A stretch of DNA of 63,774 bases, the filler included, from Chthonomonadaceae bacterium (GTDB lineage Bacteria; Armatimonadota; Chthonomonadetes; Chthonomonadales; Chthonomonadaceae): assembly GCA_035650735.1 (NCBI GenBank). It is 5 parts of 5 records of this genome, joined end to end, with 100 filler letters (N's around TTAATTAATTAA, not from the genome) between each part and the next. Parts side by side here need not be neighbours in the genome. Positions count along the whole stretch, not along the records: positions 1 to 18,268 come from DASRGZ010000063.1; positions 18,369 to 33,915 come from DASRGZ010000065.1; 3 more parts are not named here. One strand, written 5' to 3'. The notes beneath the pieces are model-generated. The model did not search any database and was not told where the DNA came from. It was given only the letters and a program-made list of their open reading frames with translations. How positions within the stretch are numbered: the stretch's first letter is position 1; each line of letters opens with the position of its first letter. Positions 10,093 through 19,527 of the stretch are shown here, piece after piece. Both the position numbers and the translations under genes were made by a program.

Positions 10093-10404
10093 CTAGACCT
10101 GGATATCAATGTGGCGTTCCGGGGGGAGCGCGCGGGTGGACGGCCTGCCGCCTTTAGAAGCGCGGCCCGCCGAGTCAGGAAGCGCCTGCGCCTCCTCACC
10201 GCTCTGCTTAAGGTAGTCGCCGCTGACATCCACCACGTCCTGGGGCGTTTCCGAGTCGGGCGACCGATGCTTGCCGTCCTGTCGCTTTCCCCGATTGCCC
10301 TGCCCGAACTCCTGCGCGTTGGCGTCACGTCCGACAGGCTGAATGGCGTCCGGACCGGCCGGGCGCGTGATGGGCGCCGGGAAATTACCGGATTGGATAG
10401 ACAT
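10093..10404 (-). CDS. Small hypothetical protein (flagellar-operon associated)
   Basis: AGGAGGA RBS; ends HIDIQV; co-oriented between fliA and the SwrB-like gene. Confidence 0.65.
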   Translation of the reverse strand: MSIQSGNFPAPITRPAGPDAIQPVGRDANAQEFGQGNRGKRQDGKHRSPDSETPQDVVDVSGDYLKQSGEEAQALPDSAGRASKGGRPSTRALPPERHIDIQV

Positions 10405-10537
10405 AAGCCTTCCTCCTGCGCTCGCCGCGCTTTTGGCCCTGGTTGGAAGGGATCGGCGAGAACGCAAGGATGTCGCCGGGGCCCGAGCGCCCTCTAAGCC
10501 GGGCGTGCTGGGAGCGCGGACGCTGTCGAGCCACGGT

Positions 10538-11317
10538 TCAGCGGAAGAGCTCGGTATCCCGCTGGAGATAGCCGCGCAGGCGCAGCACCGCCTGCGTGTG
10601 GAGTTGATAGACCCGCGACTCCGAGATGCCCAGGATTTTACCGATCTCTTTGAAGGTCATCCCTTCGTAATAGTAGAGCGACACGACCAGGCGCTCGCGC
10701 TCCGGCAGCCGGTCAATGGCCGCTCCGAGCATCCGGCACCGCTCGTGCATCTCCGCTTCCAGGGCGGGAACGGCGTTCTCGTCCTGGATAACGTCGGAAA
10801 GATGCAGCTTCTCGCTGCCCTCGCTGCCAACCAGAATATCTTCCAGGGAGAGCAGGGTCGTGCGGCCCGTATCCAGCAGCAGCTTCTGGAAGTCTTCGGG
10901 CTCCATCTGCATCGCCTCCGCCACTTCGCTTTCGGTGGCGGGACGGCCCAGCGAGACCTCCAGCTGCGTATAGGTGCGCTCCAGGTTCTTGACGCGCTCG
11001 CGCACGGAGCGCGGCACCCAGTCGTCCTCGCGCAGCATCTCCAGGATCGCCCCGCGAATGAGGGCGATGGCGTAGGTCTCAAACTTGACCTGGCGCGAGG
11101 TGTCAAACTGATCGACGGCTTTGATCAGGCCCATGACGCCCGCGCTCACCAGGTCGTCGCGTTCCAGACTGGGAGGCAGGTTGGTGATGACCCGACCGGC
11201 GGTGATCTTGACCAGATAGGCGAAATGTCTGATCAGTTCATCGCGGGCCAGGCGGTCATCATAAACCTTATATCGCCGCCAGGTATCCTTTAGATCCGAA
11301 GTGGTCATCAACTTCAC
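10538..11317 (-). CDS. fliA: RNA polymerase sigma-28 factor FliA/WhiG
   Basis: DDLVSAGVMGLIKAVDQFD, KFETYA, DWVPRSVR, EIGKILGISESRVYQLH. Confidence 0.95.
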   Translation of the reverse strand: MKLMTTSDLKDTWRRYKVYDDRLARDELIRHFAYLVKITAGRVITNLPPSLERDDLVSAGVMGLIKAVDQFDTSRQVKFETYAIALIRGAILEMLREDDWVPRSVRERVKNLERTYTQLEVSLGRPATESEVAEAMQMEPEDFQKLLLDTGRTTLLSLEDILVGSEGSEKLHLSDVIQDENAVPALEAEMHERCRMLGAAIDRLPERERLVVSLYYYEGMTFKEIGKILGISESRVYQLHTQAVLRLRGYLQRDTELFR

Positions 11318-11421
11318 TCTCCCTTACCTGAGTGGGGTCGGCCTTGCGTTAGGGATGCAGGGCGCTTTCGGTTTCCGGGTCGCTGGATGGGCGGGCGTTT
11401 TCCATCGGGTATGGATAAGTC

Positions 11422-11503
11422 GGTAATCGCTCCCAACGGTGTGGACGTATCTCCTCAGCAGCAGGCTGCGTGAGATTGATCCACACGGCTGGGAGTGTCT
11501 ACC
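11422..11503. mobile_element. MITE family B, copy 1 (82 bp, IS1-like ends)
   Basis: Imperfect ~32-bp TIRs ggtaatcgctcccaacggtgtgga / ggtagacactcccagccgtgtgga; 8-bp TSD gataagtc. Confidence 0.92.
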
Positions 11504-11636
11504 GATAAGTCATTGTTCCATAAAAAGGGGACATAGCCAGGACTTTTCGGCGGCGCTGCCGGATTCTGTTCACCCACCCAGAGACCAACGAATGAAAAAT
11601 GGAAAAAGTCTGTCGAGTACGATGGGACGACGCCCG

Positions 11637-12008
11637 TCAGGCGGCTGCCGACTCGTCGCTCTCCTCCGCCTCGGAAGCGGCGTCGGCTGCCGTCCCCTCG
11701 GCCTGCTGCGCCGCCAGCAGCTCGGCTACCGAGGTGCCGGGAACGATAACGTCCAGGTTCTGCGCTCCATTCTCCAGCCGCAGACCGCCGCGCCGGGTCT
11801 CCCCCAAGCCCTCCTGCGACTCTTCCTGGAGCGCCTCGGCGAGGGCGTAGCGCAGGATCAGGCCAAAGCCGGCAAAGACCAGGAAGGCGGCCAGGGCTTT
11901 CATCAGGCAGGTGCTGGGCGACGTGCCGTTGACGAGCGCGAGAAAGGCGACTAGCATCGCCGCCAGTGAGCCGAGGATGATATGCAGCTGAGAGGCAATA
12001 TTCTTCAC
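11637..12008 (-). CDS. Two-TM hypothetical protein with acidic tail
   Basis: Two hydrophobic helices; between flhG and fliA. Confidence 0.75.
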   Translation of the reverse strand: MKNIASQLHIILGSLAAMLVAFLALVNGTSPSTCLMKALAAFLVFAGFGLILRYALAEALQEESQEGLGETRRGGLRLENGAQNLDVIVPGTSVAELLAAQQAEGTAADAASEAEESDESAAA

Positions 12009-12020
12009 TGCGCGAAATCC

Positions 12021-13097
12021 TTACGATCGGCTGCCCTGCGCGCGGAAGCCAAAGAAGCGCTGCATCTGATCCAGAAAGCCGCTGACGCCGCCATGGGGCC
12101 GGGCGCTGGCAGGCTGGTAGCCGAGTTGCGCTGCGATCTGGCCGACGCTGCGCGTGGCTGCCGACTGCGGCTGGGAGAGCGCGAAGGGCTGCTGGGCGCG
12201 CACGGCGCGGGCCACCGCCGGGTCTTGCGGAATGGAGCCTAGAATGTCGAGGTCTCGACCCAGGAACTGGAGGGAGATGAGCCTGATCTTGTTGGCGACG
12301 GCTTCGGCCTCCGCTTCTGACTGCGCCATGTTGACCACCAGCATCACGCGGGCCCGACGGTTCTCCTGGGAGACGACCTTAATGGTCGCGTAGGCGTCGG
12401 TGATGGCGGTCGGCTCCGGCGTGGTCAGGACGACGATCTCCTCGACGGCGCATAGAAAGGCCAGGACGTTGCGCGAAAGGCCCGCCCCGGTATCGATCAG
12501 GATGATGTCGGCCAGGCTGTCGAGCTCGTGCAAGCCGGTCACGAACCGCCGCCGGGTCTGCTCGTCCAGGTTGGCTAGCTCCGTGATGCCGGAACCTCCG
12601 CCGATGACCTGGATGCCGCCGGGGCCGGGGTAGAGGATCTCGCGCAGCGATTTTTCGCCGCGCATGACGTGCTCCAGGTGATAGCTGGGAGCAATGCCCA
12701 GCACGACATGCAGGTTCGCCAGGCCGAGGTCGGCGTCAATGACGATCACGCGCTGCCCGGCGCGTGCCAGGGTCAGGGCCAGGTTGGTCGAAAAGTTAGT
12801 CTTGCCGACGCCGCCCTTGCCGCTGGTGACGGCGATGACACGCGCCCGCGGGCGAGCCGCCTTCTGTCGCGCCGTCTCGTCCGCGCCGGGCCAGTGCAGC
12901 CGCGCATCGGCCAGTGCCATGCCCGATTCCACGACAGGGGTTGTTGGCGACGAGGCGAACGGATGGATGTCGGCGGAATGGGCGCTATGGTTTGTGGAGG
13001 TGTCTTCAGGGACACACGCCGGATATGGGGAGGGACCGCTCTGATCGCGTCGGGCCTGATCCGCAAGCGCGCGGAGACCCTGAGCCTGGTCGGACAT
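12021..13097 (-). CDS. flhG: FlhG/FleN MinD-like ATPase
   Basis: MSDQAQGLR N-terminal motif; SGKGGVGKT; DADLGLAN; DTGAG; TTPEPTAITDAYA. Confidence 0.93.
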   Translation of the reverse strand: MSDQAQGLRALADQARRDQSGPSPYPACVPEDTSTNHSAHSADIHPFASSPTTPVVESGMALADARLHWPGADETARQKAARPRARVIAVTSGKGGVGKTNFSTNLALTLARAGQRVIVIDADLGLANLHVVLGIAPSYHLEHVMRGEKSLREILYPGPGGIQVIGGGSGITELANLDEQTRRRFVTGLHELDSLADIILIDTGAGLSRNVLAFLCAVEEIVVLTTPEPTAITDAYATIKVVSQENRRARVMLVVNMAQSEAEAEAVANKIRLISLQFLGRDLDILGSIPQDPAVARAVRAQQPFALSQPQSAATRSVGQIAAQLGYQPASARPHGGVSGFLDQMQRFFGFRAQGSRS

Positions 13098-13222
13098 GGC
13101 AACACGTCTCCCAGCCACACAGGAATGGATTCGAAACCTTGCAGCGCACAGGTGGATGGGCGGCCAGGTGGAGCACACGGGCACGGGCCGCCGCGGGTTG
13201 GGTCTGAAGCGCGCATCCCCTA

Positions 13223-13263
13223 TTATCGGCACGTCAGTATAGCATAATTACCTGTTTTTGCAA
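13223..13263 (-). promoter_or_regulatory. Overlapping sigma-28-like and sigma-70-like promoters of the flhG-fliA operon
   Basis: Minus strand TAAT-N16-GCCGATAA overlapping TTGCAA-N16-(TGC)TATACT. Confidence 0.55.
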
Positions 13264-13548
13264 AGAATTTTGGCACCATTGGCAAGAATCGCAGGGTGCC
13301 GTCGTGGAGTCTGGTCGGGAAGCGGAAAAGAGGGCTAAAGGCACAGGAAGAATCGGCCTAAAGCGCAAAGTCACCAGTAACGGATTCGATCCTCTTGGGA
13401 CGCACAAATGGGGTGGCGTACCGGAGGGGCGCATGGTATAATAGAGCGTATAGCCATAGCAATCTAGGAATCGGCAGCGCCCGGCGAAAGCGTAGCTGGA
13501 GGGGCAAGCCCTCGATGGGCAGCCACGCTTTCAGGCAAGGCTATCCTA

Positions 13549-13651
13549 ACTCAAGTTGCTACCTTGCCTCTTCGAGAAGGCAAACGGTGATGCAAAAGCC
13601 GGTTTCCAGAGCGATTCTCTCTCAAACGTGTTCCTAGGTAGCAACTTGGGT
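13549..13651. mobile_element. MITE family A, copy 2
   Basis: Same 103-bp sequence; TSD tatccta (7 bp) at 13542-13548 and 13652-13658. Confidence 0.92.
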
Positions 13652-13723
13652 TATCCTAATTTCTATATATTGAAAAATCCCCATTCAGCAGGGGCGTTTG
13701 TTCTACCTGTGAGGAGTGGCTGA

Positions 13724-15334
13724 ATGCAGCTTCCCCAAACTCGTTCCTCCCGCGCTCTCTGGCGCGTTCTGGTACTGGGTATCCTGTTTAGCGTTCTTCC
13801 CCTATCTGCGGCGACGACCTTACTGGCGCGACCTCTATGGCTGCGCGCGCCCGCCGCATCTCAGAAGGCGCAGACCACAGAGACGTGGATGGGATTGTAT
13901 ATGGGATCGCGTAAGGTCGGGTATGCCCATCTACAGACGCTTCCGGCCACCTATCAGGGCAAGCCGGCCCTCCGGTCGATCAGCAAAAGCGTTACCAAAC
14001 TGACCGTCCTGGGCAGTGCCGTCGAACAGGAAGAGTCGCAGGAGACCCTTAGCGACCTCCGCTACCAGCCGCTGGAGCAAACCTTTAACATTAAATCCAA
14101 CGGCAGCGCCATCCAGTTGACGGCCACCTACGACTACGCGGCGCATAAAGTCACGTGCCGCCTGAACACGGGCGGCGCGCAGACAACCAAAACTCTGACC
14201 ATTCCCAAAGACGCGGTCCTGGCGGGAGATACCAACTTCCTGACGGCGGGCCAGCCGCTTTCCGTCGGCCAGAAGCTCTCCTTTTACTTTCTCAATCCGC
14301 TCAACGTTGAGCTAGAGGAAGCCAAAGTCGAGGTGGCGGGACGCGAGACGCTCAAGGATGCCGTCAGCGGCAAAATGGCGCCCACCTTTGTCATCAAGGC
14401 GCATCTCTCCCTGGGCGATATGACCTCCTGGGAGACAGAGGACGGCGATACGTTGAAAAACGAAATGAGCCTGGCCGGCATCACGCTGACCATGCTCAAG
14501 GAGCCGCAGGCGGTCGCCCTGAATCCGGAAGCACAACCCTTGCCGGCGCCAGGTGCTAGCAATAGCGGCGGCACAGCCTATACGCCGCCGGCGGATTTCG
14601 CCGTCGCCACCGCCATCGGCACCGACAGGCCCATCCAGGATGCGCGGAATGTGCGTGCCCTTACGGTGACGATTGCGGGCGTGCCCGAGAAGCGGTTTGT
14701 CCTCTCCGATGACCGCCAGAGGGCCGAGATTCTGCCGGTGGCGAACGCGCTGGCAGGATATACCGTACGGTATGACATCCGTGCGACGCCCTTTGAGGCG
14801 GCAAACGCCGCCCGGCTGCCCATCACCGACCCCGCGCTCAAGCCCTATCTGTGGAAGGCGGCTTATCTGGATACCAGCGACGTCAACATTCGCAGCACGG
14901 CGGCGCGGCTGCGGGGCAAGGAGAAGAACCTCTACCGGATTGCCGTGCGCATCCGGGATTGGGTGCATAAGAATATGCGGCCCGACGCCAGCATTGGCGT
15001 GCCGCGCTCGGCCAGCGACATCTTCCTGCGGCGGCGCGGGGTCTGCCGGGACTATGCCACGTTCTATACGGCCCTGGCCCGCGCGGCGGGTGTCCCGACC
15101 AGGCTCTGCGGAGGCATCGTCTACGCGGAGGACAAGTTCTTCTACCATGCCTGGGCCGAAAGCTATGTCGGCCAGTGGGTCGCCTTCGACCCGACGCTGC
15201 CGGCGCCGTCGGGAGCCGAGCCGTTCGTGGACGCCACGCATATCAAATTCACGCAGGGCGACCCGATGGGCATGTTCCGCGTCGTCGGCATCGTCGGAAA
15301 ATTGCATATCACCGTGCAGGATTTCGCGCTTTGA
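13724..15334 (+). CDS. Secreted transglutaminase-like cysteine protease domain protein
   Basis: Signal peptide; GVCRDYA...RAAGVPTR...YHAWAESY...WVAFDPT Cys-His-Asp triad. Confidence 0.9.
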   Translation: MQLPQTRSSRALWRVLVLGILFSVLPLSAATTLLARPLWLRAPAASQKAQTTETWMGLYMGSRKVGYAHLQTLPATYQGKPALRSISKSVTKLTVLGSAVEQEESQETLSDLRYQPLEQTFNIKSNGSAIQLTATYDYAAHKVTCRLNTGGAQTTKTLTIPKDAVLAGDTNFLTAGQPLSVGQKLSFYFLNPLNVELEEAKVEVAGRETLKDAVSGKMAPTFVIKAHLSLGDMTSWETEDGDTLKNEMSLAGITLTMLKEPQAVALNPEAQPLPAPGASNSGGTAYTPPADFAVATAIGTDRPIQDARNVRALTVTIAGVPEKRFVLSDDRQRAEILPVANALAGYTVRYDIRATPFEAANAARLPITDPALKPYLWKAAYLDTSDVNIRSTAARLRGKEKNLYRIAVRIRDWVHKNMRPDASIGVPRSASDIFLRRRGVCRDYATFYTALARAAGVPTRLCGGIVYAEDKFFYHAWAESYVGQWVAFDPTLPAPSGAEPFVDATHIKFTQGDPMGMFRVVGIVGKLHITVQDFAL

Positions 15335-15544
15335 ACGCGAAGCATTAGGAGCAATAAAGTAAGGCTCAACCCGGCCCTTGCGGGCCGGGCGTCAGGAACT
15401 CCCCGCAAATGGGGGTGAAGGCGCCTCCGTCTCGTCCTGGGTGACGGCATCGGAGGCATCGGCGTTCGGAACTCCCCGAAAATGAGGGGAGACAGCTTAG
15501 CCTGGCCTGTGCGGGCCGGGCGCGTATCTTAGAGGAGGAAGGAG

Positions 15545-16819
15545 GTGAGAACAATGAGGCGTCTCTTCCATTTCCGGCAGTTGTTCACATTACTGCTCAG
15601 CCTGACGCTCTGCGGCTTCGGCATCTATACCGGCCTGCAGTTGAATAAATTTCCGGGCATTCCGTGGCTCTTTATCCCCACCGGGGAAGATCTGCTGCGA
15701 ACCAATCAAGCCTATCAACTGGAGGTGACGTTCGCATTAGCGGTTCTGGGGCTCCTGTTTGGCATCTGGGTCGGCCCCAAAATTGGGGATCGGATCGTCG
15801 TAGCCGGTAGGTCTCTGGAGAAAGCCTCGGCGACCGACAAGATCGCCGTCGCTCTGGGCGTAATGCTTGGCGTCCTGGTGACGCTGCCTTTTTACCAGCT
15901 CTTATCTCGACTGCCCATCCATCTACTGTTCCAGGTGGGGCTGTCCCTTATCCTCTGCGTCGTCCTTATTTACCTGGGAGTGGTAGCGACGATGAGCATG
16001 AAGACCGAGCTGGTCGCCATGCTGGCGCGCGGCGGGCCGGTGGCCCCGCCGCAGCCGGAAGAGATGAACCCGATGGCCAACTGCAAGATCCTGGATACCA
16101 ACGTCATCATTGACGGACGGATCGCGGACGTCTGCCGGACGGGCTTCATCGAGGGGCCGCTCTATGTGCCCGGCTTCGTGCTGGAGGAGCTACAGCACAT
16201 CGCCGATTCAGGCGATAATCTCAAACGGGCGCGCGGGCGGCGCGGGCTGGACATTCTCAACAACATGCAGAAGGAGTTGCCGCTCGTCGTGCGCAGTTGG
16301 GATAAAGCCCTGGAGAAATCCGCCCTGGAGGATGAGGTGGATACCCGCCTGGTCAAGCTGGCCAAGGCGCTCAAAGGGGTCATCGTCACCAACGACTTCA
16401 ACCTCAACAAGGTCGCCGCGCTGCAGGGCGTGCAGGTGCTCAACGTCAACGAGCTTGCCAACGCACTCAAGCCGGTGGTGCTGCCCGGCGAGGTGATGAC
16501 GGTGGGCATCGTCAAGGAAGGCAAAGAGGCCAACCAGGGCGTAGCCTATCTCGACGACGGCACCATGATCGTCGTGGAGGACGGGCGCCGCTACATCGGC
16601 GAGACGCTGGATGTGGTGGTGACCAGCGTGCTGCAAACGGTGGCCGGCAAGATGATCTTTGCCCGCGTCCGCACCGATAACGACGGGGAATCCCTGGAGT
16701 ACAGCGTCGGACGCGAATCCGGGGACCGGGGGGACATCGGTGGCTTCAACGGAAGCAGCCATTCCGCCGCGAGTGGCGGCAGTTATACCCGCCGCGGGCA
16801 GGGCAAGAAGGTTCGGTAG
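15545..16819 (+). CDS. PIN/TRAM domain membrane protein (YacL-like)
   Basis: Four TM helices; ILDTNVIIDGRI, TNDFNLNKVA, GVAYLDDGTMIVVE, QTVAGKMIFA. Confidence 0.93.
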   Translation: MRTMRRLFHFRQLFTLLLSLTLCGFGIYTGLQLNKFPGIPWLFIPTGEDLLRTNQAYQLEVTFALAVLGLLFGIWVGPKIGDRIVVAGRSLEKASATDKIAVALGVMLGVLVTLPFYQLLSRLPIHLLFQVGLSLILCVVLIYLGVVATMSMKTELVAMLARGGPVAPPQPEEMNPMANCKILDTNVIIDGRIADVCRTGFIEGPLYVPGFVLEELQHIADSGDNLKRARGRRGLDILNNMQKELPLVVRSWDKALEKSALEDEVDTRLVKLAKALKGVIVTNDFNLNKVAALQGVQVLNVNELANALKPVVLPGEVMTVGIVKEGKEANQGVAYLDDGTMIVVEDGRRYIGETLDVVVTSVLQTVAGKMIFARVRTDNDGESLEYSVGRESGDRGDIGGFNGSSHSAASGGSYTRRGQGKKVR

Positions 16820-18008
16820 CGGCGAGAATAAAATCTGGGCGCCTGTGGCCGGGCGTGCCGTGCTGGAGTGGACGCTGTCCGCTTTCGAGGCGCACCCGGC
16901 CATTGCGTCCCTGGTGGTTGTCGCCGGGGCCGAGGAGGTCGCGCGTGTCCGGGCTGCCGCGCGGGCATTCTCTAAGGTGAGGGCGGTCGTGGCCGGAGGC
17001 GAAACGCGGGCCGCTTCGGTCTATAACGGCCTGGAGGCGCTGCCGCCAGACACCGATCTGGTGCTGGTGCATGACGCCGCCCGTCCCCTGTTGACCGCCG
17101 CCGTGATGGACCGGGTGATCGAGGCGACGGCGCGGGTGGGCGCGGCGGTTCCGGGCCTGCCGCTTTCGGATACGGTCAAGCGGGTGGATGGCGAGGGCAT
17201 CATCCGGGCCACCGTGCCGCGCTTGGAAATAATAGACGGCCAAACGCTTTTCGGCCTGACCGCCGTGCAGACGCCGCAGGGCGCGCGGGTCGCGCTTTTG
17301 CGCGCGGCCTACGCCCGCTTTGATTTCGCCCACGCCGAGCCGACCGACGAAGCTTCGCTCATTGAGGCGATGGGCGCTCCGGTAGCCGTCGTCGCTGGCG
17401 ATCCGGGCAATCTTAAGATCACCCGGCAGGAGGATATCGCCCTGGCGGAACGGCTGATGCCGGAGCGCGGGCAGGCGGCGGAAGCTACAGAGCCAAAACC
17501 GGCGCTCCTTCCGGAAGTGCGCACCGGCTTCGGCTATGATGTGCATGCGTTCGCGGCGCCGGAGGCCGGACGGCGGCTCTTCCTCGGTGGCGTGGAGATT
17601 CCGCACGACCGAGGGCTGGAAGGCCATTCCGACGCCGACGTGCTGCTGCACGCCGTCGGTGATGCGCTGCTGGGGGCGGCCTCGCTGGGCGATATCGGCA
17701 TTCTGTTTCCCAACACAGACCCGGTGTACAAGGATATTTCCAGTCTCCACCTGCTGGCCCACGTCGGCGAGCGGTTGACGGAGGCGGGCTGGGAAGTGGT
17801 GAACCTGGATGCTACGGTGCTGGCGGAAGTGCCTCGGCTGATGCCGTACCGTGAGGCCATGCAGCGGGCCATGGCGGCCTGTCTGGGGCTGGACCCTTCC
17901 CGCATCAGCGTCAAGGCGACGACCTCCGAGAAGCTGGGCTTTGTCGGACGGCGCGAAGGGATCGCCTGCTGGGCCGTGGCAACTATACGAACCAGGCCGG
18001 TGCGTTGA
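16740..18008 (+). CDS. ispDF: Bifunctional IspD/IspF (MEP pathway)
   Basis: IPAAG..RRFG, VLVHDAARP, VQTPQ, NLKIT; then RTGFGYDVHAF, GHSDADV, SVKATTSEKLGF; GTG start overlapping yacL. Confidence 0.93.
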   Translation: MASTEAAIPPRVAAVIPAAGRARRFGSGENKIWAPVAGRAVLEWTLSAFEAHPAIASLVVVAGAEEVARVRAAARAFSKVRAVVAGGETRAASVYNGLEALPPDTDLVLVHDAARPLLTAAVMDRVIEATARVGAAVPGLPLSDTVKRVDGEGIIRATVPRLEIIDGQTLFGLTAVQTPQGARVALLRAAYARFDFAHAEPTDEASLIEAMGAPVAVVAGDPGNLKITRQEDIALAERLMPERGQAAEATEPKPALLPEVRTGFGYDVHAFAAPEAGRRLFLGGVEIPHDRGLEGHSDADVLLHAVGDALLGAASLGDIGILFPNTDPVYKDISSLHLLAHVGERLTEAGWEVVNLDATVLAEVPRLMPYREAMQRAMAACLGLDPSRISVKATTSEKLGFVGRREGIACWAVATIRTRPVR

Positions 18009-18029
18009 AAGGCTTTTTGCCCGGCCTGA

Positions 18030-18268
18030 AAGCGGCAGGCTGAACCCTGCCGCTGTGGGGCCTACGGCCAGTTGACTGCTAGGGTCGGCGCTCAACGGTT
18101 CGCGCCTCCGCCTAGCGAGGCCCGTTGACTGCCAGGGTCGGGCCTGCAACGGACTGCCAGGGTCGGCAGGGTTACGGCCTCTGCCTCCGCCTTGCGACAT
18201 CAACATCAAGGTGGAAGGGTTGCGAATACTGGCCGTCGGCAGGGTTAGGGCCCCTGCCTCCGCCTTGC
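18030..18268. repeat. Mosaic REP-like cluster at a contig end
   Basis: cggcaggctgaaccctgccgctgtgggg, multiple actgccagggtcgg and cctccgccttgc modules. Confidence 0.75.
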
Positions 18269-18368
18269 NNNNNNNNNNNNNNNNNNNNNNNNNNNNNNNN
18301 NNNNNNNNNNNNTTAATTAATTAANNNNNNNNNNNNNNNNNNNNNNNNNNNNNNNNNNNNNNNNNNNN

Positions 18369-18647
18369 TGACTGCCAGGGTCGGGCCTGCAATAATTCGG
18401 CCCTCCGCCTTGCGACACCGACGCGGGCAGAATACCCGTTGACAACGCCAGGGGCGTCACCATCGTTCTCTAGGGGCAGCCCTGCTGCCTACGCAGGCAG
18501 AGAGTTTCGGACATCTATTCCTCCGCCTCCGGGCGCTCTTTACTGCTGCCTACGCAGGCAGAGAGTTTCGCCCACGTAGGTGGGCGACGGGCGCAAAGCG
18601 CCCCACAGCGGCAGGGTTTAGCCTGCCGCTTAGAGCCGAGGGTTAGG
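18369..18647. repeat. Mosaic REP-like cluster at a contig start
   Basis: Two ctgcctacgcaggcagagagtttcg, cgcccacgtaggtgggcg, gcgccccacagcggcagggtttagcctgccg. Confidence 0.75.
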
Positions 18648-19488
18648 TTAAAATCGGTTCCGGGCGCAGAGTGGCGCAGACCTCCCGGACAATGCGCGCG
18701 TTCTCCGCGATCTGGTTACGGTACTTGGGGAACATGCCAACCACGACGGCATCGGTGGGCTTGATGCGCTCGAAGGTGTACTGGAAGGTGGCGCGCGTCT
18801 GCTCCGGCGTTCGACAGTTGCGCCCGGCGCCCAGGATCTTGATGACCAGGCAGGGCTTGGAAACTGACTGGATCACCCGGAACATCTTCTCCCGGTCGGC
18901 GTCGTCGAAAATCTCTTCTGTGCGTTTGCCGGAGACGATCTGGCTCTCCCGGTGCTGCCGGCTCAGGTTATAGACGGAGCAGAGGTAGAAGTCTATATCC
19001 CAGCCGCGCTCCTCCACGTACTCGATAACCTCCGGGATATGCGAGCCCATTCCCACCGCCAGCCCGCAGTCCCGCATCACCTTAAGAAGCTCCTGGGCCT
19101 CGTCAATGCGGCCTGCGTGCCAGAGGTTGTCCGAGCGCGTGCCGTGATGGTAGGCCGCGATAGCGCCCGCCGCCGCGATCTGCCGGATGTTGCTCTTCAG
19201 GTCCGAAAGCTCGGAGGCGATCTGGGCGATCCAGTGCAGCTTGCCGCCCTCGTTGCGGTACTCTCGCAACATCCGCATAATGTGGCGGTCGGCGCGCGAC
19301 TGCATGGCGGTCAGCCCCTGCCGCTCGCACTCGAACAGGGTCGCTTTGATGCGCTCGGTCGTGAAGTAGTCCAGCATATCGTTATCCCACTCCGGCGAAC
19401 AGTGGGAGTTGCCGCTGAACGGGTTGCCGCCGATAATGAGGCGGGTTATGTCTGCGCCTCCCAGGCGAACCGTAGGCAGTATAGTCAT
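18643..19488 (-). CDS. Uncharacterised aldo-keto-reductase-like TIM-barrel protein
   Basis: LPTVRLGGADITRLIIGGNPFSG start; KPCLVIKILGAGR; AGGAGG RBS. Confidence 0.7.
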   Translation of the reverse strand: MTILPTVRLGGADITRLIIGGNPFSGNSHCSPEWDNDMLDYFTTERIKATLFECERQGLTAMQSRADRHIMRMLREYRNEGGKLHWIAQIASELSDLKSNIRQIAAAGAIAAYHHGTRSDNLWHAGRIDEAQELLKVMRDCGLAVGMGSHIPEVIEYVEERGWDIDFYLCSVYNLSRQHRESQIVSGKRTEEIFDDADREKMFRVIQSVSKPCLVIKILGAGRNCRTPEQTRATFQYTFERIKPTDAVVVGMFPKYRNQIAENARIVREVCATLRPEPILT

Positions 19489-19527
19489 GGCAACCTCCTT
19501 TGTCGTAGCCTCGATAACGAGCGCGGC

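Noticed and set aside
13270..13285. TGGCAC...GC as a sigma-54 promoter
   Set aside because: GG-to-GC spacing is 8 nt rather than the required 10
15395..15492. Duplicated ggaactccccg-aaatg-gggg hairpins before the PIN/TRAM gene as a riboswitch
   Set aside because: No match to a riboswitch I recognise; equally consistent with short REP-like hairpins
18269..18368. N-runs containing TTAATTAATTAA (also 33916-34015, 48348-48447, 61255-61354)
   Set aside because: Identical 100-nt artificial contig spacers with stops in all frames; not biological, and ORFs spanning them are artefacts
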